From a bacterium (GTDB lineage Bacteria; Patescibacteriota; Patescibacteriia; JAHIZJ01), in NCBI GenBank assembly GCA_030699685.1, contig JAUYLJ010000016.1, positions 1 to 58,937 of the forward strand: a DNA stretch of 58,937 nt. Reading direction: 5' to 3'. Below are positions 52,495 through 58,937 of the stretch, piece by piece. The first letter of the stretch is position 1. Every line of letters begins with the position of its first letter. The position numbers were made by a program, and so were the translations under genes. The notes below the pieces were generated by a model, which was not told the DNA's origin, made no database searches, and saw only the letters and a program-made list of their open reading frames with translations.

Positions 52495-53490
52495 GTAGAA
52501 ACGATAGTGTTTTTTAATTGCTGTTTCGTAGGCTTTGAGGACTTTCGTCCGTCCAGCAAAGGCGGACACGAGTATGAACAAAGTTGATTTTGGCAAATGA
52601 AAGTTGGTGATCATGGCGTCAGTCATTTTGAATTTGTAGCCGGGTATGATGAAGATATTAGTTGACTGGCTGATTTGTTGATTCGTTAATTGGCGAGGCA
52701 GGCTTTCGAGCGTGCGAACGGTGGTGGTGCCGACAGCGATGATGCGCCGCCCCTCTCTTTTAGCTTTGACCAGCCGTTGATAAACCGCCTTTGACATCTC
52801 TAGATGTTCAGGATGCATTCGGTGACGTTCGATGGTCGTTTCTTTGACCGGCTGGAAGGTTCCGTAGCCGACGTGCAGCGTGACATATTCGATCTGGACG
52901 CCCAGCGTTCGTATGCGGTTCATGAGTCGATTCGTGAAATGAAAACCGGCAGTTGGCGCGGCCACTGATCCGGATTTTTTTGCGAACACTGTTTGATATT
53001 CTTTGAGATTGGAAAGGCGTTTAACGTACGGGGGCGTAGGAGCGGTACCGAGCCGATGGATAGCGGCTCGGAGTTTCGCGCCGGACCGGTTGAAACGAAT
53101 ATGCCAAGTGCCGTTGGTGAGGTGTTTGATAACAACTCCTTTCAGACCGCCAAACCTTTGTTTTTCCATGCTGATTTCAAGACCGACCCGCCGCCCTTTC
53201 CCGCCCAAGAGGCACTCCCAGGTATTCGCGCTGACAGGCTTGAGCAAAAACACTTCTATTTTTCCTCCACTTTCTTTTCGGGCATTGAGACGGGCCGGAA
53301 AGACTTTTGTATTATTCAAAACGAGTACGTCGCCTGATTTGAGATATTCAGTAATTTCAAAAAAATGCCGGTGACTGATCGCTCCGGTTTTTCGGTTGAG
53401 CACCAAAAGACGTGATTGATCGCGCGGCCGGACCGGTTTCTGGGCGATTCGATCAGGAGGAAGGTGAAAATCAAAAAGTGACAGTTTCAT
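52465..53490 (-). CDS. queA: S-adenosylmethionine:tRNA ribosyltransferase-isomerase
   Basis: IAQ.P, GSVAAPTAG.HF, TLHVG.GTF, TNFHLPKSTL and YRFYSFGDAM motifs. Confidence 0.98.
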   Translation of the reverse strand: MKLSLFDFHLPPDRIAQKPVRPRDQSRLLVLNRKTGAISHRHFFEITEYLKSGDVLVLNNTKVFPARLNARKESGGKIEVFLLKPVSANTWECLLGGKGRRVGLEISMEKQRFGGLKGVVIKHLTNGTWHIRFNRSGAKLRAAIHRLGTAPTPPYVKRLSNLKEYQTVFAKKSGSVAAPTAGFHFTNRLMNRIRTLGVQIEYVTLHVGYGTFQPVKETTIERHRMHPEHLEMSKAVYQRLVKAKREGRRIIAVGTTTVRTLESLPRQLTNQQISQSTNIFIIPGYKFKMTDAMITNFHLPKSTLFILVSAFAGRTKVLKAYETAIKKHYRFYSFGDAMLIT

Positions 53491-53569
53491 GAAAGTCAGG
53501 ATACAATGCCTTTACTGAAAACAAAAGGCCCACTCAGCGTTGAGTAGGCAATTTTCCGGCTTGTTTCTA

Positions 53570-54403
53570 CTAAATGGGGTAGGGAGTGTCCCGCCGAACG
53601 AGCCAGATTCGATCGGCCTCTCCGGAAAGGTGTTCCCAGCCGTAGAGCGGCTCTGGTCGGGCTGGATCGGTCAAGGTGCGCACACGAGATGAATGGTCGC
53701 CGACAGTCATGACGGAATCAATTTGGACGACCTCAATGCCAGGCTGAATCGGCTTGTTGTGCCAGTAGAGCTTATCGCCTGGTCTCAAAGTGAGAAAACG
53801 ACCTTCAGTCAGCGCATACTCGTCATAGTTTCCGTCGCGCGTGACGCGATGGGAGACCGAAGTGATTGGTATGCGCATGATACGGAGCGGAAGCTCTACC
53901 TGCACCCGCTGTGAAGTCAGCAGTCTGGCTGTTGAGTTTAACCTGTGGGGATCAGGTGCGTCTGTCTTCATCACCTCCTGAAGCCCGAAGAGGACCTCGT
54001 CGGTGATCTCAAATCGATACGTCATGAAAAGACATTGACCCATGTGGCGGTTGTAGGCCAACAGAAGCTTGCCACGACATTGGGGGCCGTAGGGGCCCCA
54101 GGCGTAGTATAGCTGGAACATCGTCGAAGAGTCATCGAGTATCACCCAGCAAGAGTCGCAGTCTTGCCAAACCGCGAAGTTTGTCATGAATTCGTCAGGA
54201 GGATCCTGTACCATGTTACGAACAAGGACCACGGGGTAACGCCCCGTATCGAGGTGCTCCCTTGGGTATCGCACGAAGTCTCGGCTAGCCACGAGGTTGG
54301 CTTCGTTGATCTCATCATCGAGATGGTTCTGGCCGCAGCCTGACGTAGCAATGGCTATTTCAAGCAACGACATAAACACAATAAGGAACGACCAGCTTCT
54401 CAT
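53570..54403 (-). CDS. Putative lipoprotein (probable paralog of 57313-58062)
   Basis: SD GGAGGT; signal peptide with TSGC lipobox-like site. Confidence 0.7.
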   Translation of the reverse strand: MRSWSFLIVFMSLLEIAIATSGCGQNHLDDEINEANLVASRDFVRYPREHLDTGRYPVVLVRNMVQDPPDEFMTNFAVWQDCDSCWVILDDSSTMFQLYYAWGPYGPQCRGKLLLAYNRHMGQCLFMTYRFEITDEVLFGLQEVMKTDAPDPHRLNSTARLLTSQRVQVELPLRIMRIPITSVSHRVTRDGNYDEYALTEGRFLTLRPGDKLYWHNKPIQPGIEVVQIDSVMTVGDHSSRVRTLTDPARPEPLYGWEHLSGEADRIWLVRRDTPYPI

Positions 54404-54534
54404 GATTTCGATACCTCCCTTGATTCAGCGGAATTCTATCGTTTCATCTGGTGCAATCGACTTGTTACAATAACACGAAATATTTAGCTGTCAATGACAA
54501 TGGACTCTTTGTCAAAAAATGGTATAATATCGCA

Positions 54535-56421
54535 ATGAAAGTTCGACGTGGCATAAAAATTTCCGGGCTCATCTTTCTGTTATTGATCGTTGGCGCGGGT
54601 ATTGGAGTGTTTATATTGCTTTGGTCACCGGAAGTGTCGGCTTTTGTCGTAACACAGTACGAAGATAAAGCCGACTTGGAGACTACCGCACTGATTCAAT
54701 TCAATAAGCCGGTCAATCGTCGCGCTTTGGTACCGAACATAGAGCCGTATGTCGACGGCTACTGGGAGTACGAGGAATCGTGGCTGGGAAAGCATTTTTT
54801 CTCGGCCCTTCGTTTCGTGCCGGCGCACACACTGGATCCCGCAACCACTTATCAGATCACGCTACAAGGGATAACTGATGCCTTGACTTGGTCTGACCCA
54901 AAGAACTACACCGCGGATTTCTCCACCCGATCTTTGCCGAACGTGGAGAGCGTTATTCCAGCTGATTCCATGGAAGATATCGCCCCCGACGAAGCGATTC
55001 TTGTCCGTTTGTCTGAACCGGCCGGGAATTATGTCCAGCTTTATGCCCGAGTCACTCCCGCCGCTGATTTTACTCTTTCACAAAACGGTGAGCTTGACGA
55101 GTTCGTTATTACGCCAAACGAAGGATGGCAGCAGGGGGTGGAATATCATCTCGTCCTGGATCGGGTGTTTACGTCGTACGACAGGGAGTCGGGTTCACTG
55201 ATGAAGCAAAGCGACGCGGTTGCGGTCTATGTTGGCACGTTTTCGGTGCTGCCGCCGCCCGAAGTCGAGGCATTCGCTCCAACCGGCGACCATGTCTCAG
55301 TGGGCGCTTCGTCGATTGTCACTTTTTCGGAAGCCATGGATGAGGCGAGCGTACAAGAAAATTTCAGCGTTAGCCCGGATCTGCCAGGCAATCTGACGCT
55401 AGAGGCTGAGGGCAAAGAACTGCGCTTTACCCCTGACGAAGCGTGGCCGTTTGAAACGGAGATCGCCATTATGGTCGCGGCTGGTACAAAAACGGCGGCC
55501 GGCGGGTTTTTGCCCGAAGACATTCAGCATAGTTTCAAAACAATCGGACCGGTTCACGTGCTGTATACGACACCTGGAGACGGAGCCAGCCGGATCGTGA
55601 CGAGTGCGAGTATCCGGATTGTCTTTGATCAGGCGGCGGACCATCAGTCTGCTCAGGCGGCCTTTACCATCCAGCCGGCTATGGAAGGGGACTTCAGCTG
55701 GGAAGACAACACGATGATTTTTACGCCTCGCTCTGATCTAGCCTACGACTCTGCGTATCTAGTGAATATTGCTGCAGGGATCATCAGTGTCGATGGGCAG
55801 GATTCCCAGGCAGAATATAATTTTGCTTTTTCAACCGCCCCCACCACTTTCATTTTAAACGTCGCTTCGGATCTTCAGGATCGCCCCTTGTCCTGCGAAG
55901 CGGCCGCCCTGAAGATGGCTTTAGCGAACAAAGGCGTGGCGGTGACGGAGAGTCAGATCATGGAACACGTCGGATATACGGAACCTTCGCAGAGGTCGAA
56001 CGGCGTCTGGGGAAATCCGCACATTGGATTTGTTGGTAACATTGACGGGACGCAAAACACGACCGGCTACGGCGTCTACTGGGAGCCGATCGCCCGTGCC
56101 GGTAACAATTGGCGGCCAAGTGAGGCATTCACCGGGTGGAATGTGACGCAATTAGCTCAGGAAGTTGAGGCGGGGAACGCCGTGGTGGTGTGGGGCGTGT
56201 ATGGTTCGGGATACCAAGATTCCTGGACGACGCCTGATGGAGGTAGTGTCTATGCCTGGAAGGGTGAACACACCCGCACGGTGATTGGTTTCGTCGGCTC
56301 CGTCGAAAACCCCGAACGCATTATTCTGAACGATCCATATGCCGGTCAGGTTTCTTGGACTCGCGCGCAGTTTGAACAGAACTGGGGCATCTTTGGTAAC
56401 GCGGGAGTAGTGGTGCGCTAA
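54535..56421 (+). CDS. C39-like cysteine peptidase with Big_5 Ig-like repeats, membrane anchored
   Basis: N-terminal TM; P......F.E.MD-type Ig repeats; Q...LSCEAA, EH..TVIG and NDP catalytic pattern; TATAAT ends 6 nt before ATG 54535 (likely leaderless). Confidence 0.85.
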   Translation: MKVRRGIKISGLIFLLLIVGAGIGVFILLWSPEVSAFVVTQYEDKADLETTALIQFNKPVNRRALVPNIEPYVDGYWEYEESWLGKHFFSALRFVPAHTLDPATTYQITLQGITDALTWSDPKNYTADFSTRSLPNVESVIPADSMEDIAPDEAILVRLSEPAGNYVQLYARVTPAADFTLSQNGELDEFVITPNEGWQQGVEYHLVLDRVFTSYDRESGSLMKQSDAVAVYVGTFSVLPPPEVEAFAPTGDHVSVGASSIVTFSEAMDEASVQENFSVSPDLPGNLTLEAEGKELRFTPDEAWPFETEIAIMVAAGTKTAAGGFLPEDIQHSFKTIGPVHVLYTTPGDGASRIVTSASIRIVFDQAADHQSAQAAFTIQPAMEGDFSWEDNTMIFTPRSDLAYDSAYLVNIAAGIISVDGQDSQAEYNFAFSTAPTTFILNVASDLQDRPLSCEAAALKMALANKGVAVTESQIMEHVGYTEPSQRSNGVWGNPHIGFVGNIDGTQNTTGYGVYWEPIARAGNNWRPSEAFTGWNVTQLAQEVEAGNAVVVWGVYGSGYQDSWTTPDGGSVYAWKGEHTRTVIGFVGSVENPERIILNDPYAGQVSWTRAQFEQNWGIFGNAGVVVR

Positions 56422-57221
56422 AGGACTTGTTTCGCAGCGGAGCGTCTTTTTGCTATGACAAAAATAATTAGTACAACAGGCACGACAAACACAGTATACG
56501 GATAGATAACGTGGCTTTCAACAGCAGAGAGCCACTGGATGAATAATAACGGCAATGGGATCCAGACCGCGCAAAGCCAGGCAATTGACCGTGAAAAAAA
56601 GTGCCGCCCGGCGCCTACCAAAAGGTACCCCAGCAGAAAATCACCGACTCCCAATATTTGCCCGTCAAAACCAACTAAGCCGTTCAGCAAAGGGCTGGGA
56701 TCCGATTCGAAGGTCAATTCAGGCAGTACCCAGATGTTGACCGCGTCGTACGCCGTGAAGGCGATAGCTAGAAGAATGAAGATTCGCAATGAAAGCTTGA
56801 TACGGCGAAACAGTATTGGTCCCACCCAAAGAATTGACCCGGCTGTAACAATATTGAAATAGTGCTGACTGGGAAACCACAGGGCGACAAGGACAATGCC
56901 CGTCGCGCCCAGGAGGCTGAAGCTGAGCCGCGCCGGTAGACGCGATAGGGGGAGGAGATAAAAAATATTTGCCGCCCAGGAAACGAGCAGTAGGAGGATA
57001 ATAAAAGTTGAATAAGTATTCTCCTCCGCGTGTCGAAGCGCAAAAGTGGCGGCTGCCACCGCCAATATCCCTATGATGACGACGGTTAGCCAAGTGAGCG
57101 GCTGTCGTAACGCAGCGGATTTTTTGATGCTAAGAAAGACAAAGCTATATTTGTCATACAACAGAATGCTGAGTGACAGCATGATGAAGAGAAACACGGC
57201 GAGCATGATTGTTGCTTCCAT
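56418..57221 (-). CDS. GxGD-type (presenilin/SPP-like) intramembrane aspartyl protease candidate
   Basis: Multi-TM; AYD within a TM, LGVGDF in the next TM and a C-terminal PYT resembling the PAL motif. Confidence 0.65.
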   Translation of the reverse strand: MEATIMLAVFLFIMLSLSILLYDKYSFVFLSIKKSAALRQPLTWLTVVIIGILAVAAATFALRHAEENTYSTFIILLLLVSWAANIFYLLPLSRLPARLSFSLLGATGIVLVALWFPSQHYFNIVTAGSILWVGPILFRRIKLSLRIFILLAIAFTAYDAVNIWVLPELTFESDPSPLLNGLVGFDGQILGVGDFLLGYLLVGAGRHFFSRSIAWLCAVWIPLPLLFIQWLSAVESHVIYPYTVFVVPVVLIIFVIAKRRSAAKQVL

Positions 57222-57312
57222 GAAAGACAATTCAAGTGATAACGTCAGGTATTGTACCCTAACTTGGCCAAAAGAAAAACCGCCATAGTGTCACCATGAC
57301 GGCGCTCGATGC

Positions 57313-58062
57313 CTAAGGGGCATCTTCGCTAATGGGCGGGTTTTCCCAAAGGGTATTTGCCCCCCTCGGAAGGACGACGGCGTCCTCTGCTGCCTCGGCC
57401 ACTTCTGGCCAGGTGATCCAGCGTGGATCACCGTAGTATTCATCGATCGATTGGACAAGGATGCGGTTACCCTCTCGGTCCAGAACCCGATCGACGCTTG
57501 CGGGGTGGCTTGCTTCCTCGTACCACTCTATGATGTCGCCGGGTACGAGCATGTCGAAGTGTGGCGGCGTGGCAAGAACCGGACGTTGATTTCCCGAGGC
57601 CGAGATGGATGCGTGACTATGAGAGTCTATGCGGATTATCTCGAGCCGGGTGAGGAATTGCCTGGCGTCTCGGAACTTGAGATCAGTGCGTATCGGCAGT
57701 GAAAACATGTAACCGAGATGCCGGTTCTGTAGTGGTGAGAGTCGGCAGTTTTCACCGATGATCTCCAGGGCTTGGTTGCCCGGAGAGTAGACCAGTATCA
57801 GATTGATCTCCGGTAAGCCACCCTCAGGTTGGGGCAGTCCGCCGAAGCGCTGATAGACGAGATCATTGCCACGCAGGGTGGACCCGATCTTGTCTGGCGG
57901 ATGCCCAGACTCGGCGACGCCATGGGCCAACAGCTTCTGGTCATAATTCAGCCCGGGGATAGTCACTGCCTCCTGGCGTGTTTCCTCGGACTGCTGAGAG
58001 CAGCCGGCGAAGAAAACCAGATGGGCCAGTATGGTCAGGGAAAAGATCATGCAGCGGTTCAT
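57313..58062 (-). CDS. Putative lipoprotein (probable paralog of 53570-54403)
   Basis: ATG 58062 after AAGGA; lipobox FAGC; promoter TTGACG-17-TAGAGT near 58140-58168. Confidence 0.7.
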   Translation of the reverse strand: MNRCMIFSLTILAHLVFFAGCSQQSEETRQEAVTIPGLNYDQKLLAHGVAESGHPPDKIGSTLRGNDLVYQRFGGLPQPEGGLPEINLILVYSPGNQALEIIGENCRLSPLQNRHLGYMFSLPIRTDLKFRDARQFLTRLEIIRIDSHSHASISASGNQRPVLATPPHFDMLVPGDIIEWYEEASHPASVDRVLDREGNRILVQSIDEYYGDPRWITWPEVAEAAEDAVVLPRGANTLWENPPISEDAP

Positions 58063-58209
58063 AACTCTTTCCTTCCAGGTTCGAGGATTGGCACTTCCAG
58101 GCGGGAAATTGTGAGAGGACATTTGATCTAGACCTACGACTCTACCCGAAAAGTGCTGACGCGTCAATACGCCGGAAATTGACAAGAGGCAGGAATACAT
58201 TATTATTCC

Positions 58210-58355
58210 TCCTAGTAACTTCAGGCTGCCGTCTCAATGGCGTTCCGGTAGAGACGGCAGCGTAGTGCTAGCCGGAACGTCAACCAGAGTTCTGCGCTTG
58301 GCTGGCGCAGCGCCCCGTTTCATAAGTCTCTGAGGCTGAAAAGGCGGGGTTTTTT
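58210..58355 (+). ncRNA. Candidate pseudoknotted small RNA of unknown family
   Basis: Upstream TTGACA(58179)-16 nt-TATTAT; 11-bp stem plus 12-bp loop pairing; downstream hairpin; intrinsic terminator. Confidence 0.55.
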
Positions 58356-58501
58356 ATTCATCCACTTTGAGTTGGCCGGCAGTCCAGAAGGAGGATTGAC
58401 AGAAACAGTTTTCTCGTGTACAAACACTTGCAGCCAACATCATGTGAGCAATCGATCCTTGAAAATTAAATCAAGCGTTTACTCAGGAAAGGGGCTTTAC
58501 C

Positions 58502-58937
58502 GTGTTTAATCGGCAAATGCTTGAAAAGCAGCTGACTTGGACGGGCTGGCCGTCCTTTGCCGTCATGTTTATCGCGGGCAGCGCCGCGATTTTGTCTGCG
58601 CTCATCCCCGATCTGCACACGCTGACCTTTGAGCTGAATTTTCCGAAGCGGATCGTCTGCCATCGTCACGCGGCGGACACTGAATTCGTGCTTGGCTGTG
58701 CCGTCGAAGAGTTGCGGAAAATTGTTCCGACGCCGGTGGAGTATTTCATCATTGAAGAAGGTTGGACGCTGAATGACTACGTGGCCAGGACCCGGCATCT
58801 TTGGGAAACATACCGGAGAGGAGAGATTCCCGCGCTTCCGGAGGTGAATCCTGACAAACTGGAGAGGATCGAACTCACCTGGTTCCAGGGACAGGGGTTA
58901 GTCATCGGCTATGCGTACAGCGACATGCTCAATTCAG
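58502..58937 (+). CDS. Hypothetical membrane-anchored protein, truncated by the window end
   Basis: GTG 58502 after AGGAAAGGGG; frame open to the window end (VFNRQMLEKQLTWTGWPSFAVMFIAG...); promoter TTGACA(58396)-17-TACAAA. Confidence 0.7.
   Translation, partial: MFNRQMLEKQLTWTGWPSFAVMFIAGSAAILSALIPDLHTLTFELNFPKRIVCHRHAADTEFVLGCAVEELRKIVPTPVEYFIIEEGWTLNDYVARTRHLWETYRRGEIPALPEVNPDKLERIELTWFQGQGLVIGYAYSDMLNS

Noticed and set aside
58225-58290. Fluoride riboswitch, tRNA or tmRNA identity for the pseudoknot
   Set aside because: Helix lengths and conserved nucleotides do not fit, and there is no T-loop or acceptor stem

Overview
This is a chromosomal segment of a bacterium that is most likely Patescibacteria/CPR. 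That assignment is an inference from an unlinked, divergent 16S rRNA gene, a short SMC without a recognisable hinge, rpsP-khpA-trmD without rimM, mostly SD-less core genes and CPR-type palindromic repeats. From left to right the window holds: a co-oriented array of small stress/detox genes (VOC x3, DUF1428, SRPBCC, DHFR-like, DUF2200, YdeI, DUF1801, NUDIX, kinase, cupin, RRM); a stand-alone 16S rRNA gene on the minus strand; MFS-trmD-khpA-rpsP; a large DsbA-containing surface protein; smc; an M23 peptidase; a GC-richer island (pyrF-pyrE plus secreted proteins, one gingipain/C25-like with a T9SS/FlgD-type C-terminal domain); rpmF-nusB-rnc; csoR-like/DUF4395; gyrA; csrA; a cell-wall/glycan locus (amidase, two O-antigen-ligase-like proteins, GT4, flippase, SpoIID); an antiporter; queA; a C39 peptidase; and a GxGD intramembrane protease. 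The strongest signal is a dispersed set of 1-3 gene expression cassettes, most with their own sigma70 promoter, Shine-Dalgarno and terminator, sitting among mostly SD-less core genes. Their cargo looks foreign to CPR biology (CsrA, T9SS-type cargo, lipoproteins, PyrE/PyrF). Two cassettes are bounded by target duplications, including a 505-bp integrase-less insertion that swapped the 3' end of queA. Also notable are a promoter/terminator-bounded pseudoknot RNA (58210-58355), two roughly 310-nt structured leaders and nested palindromic elements. All family calls come from reading motifs by eye; no searches were run.
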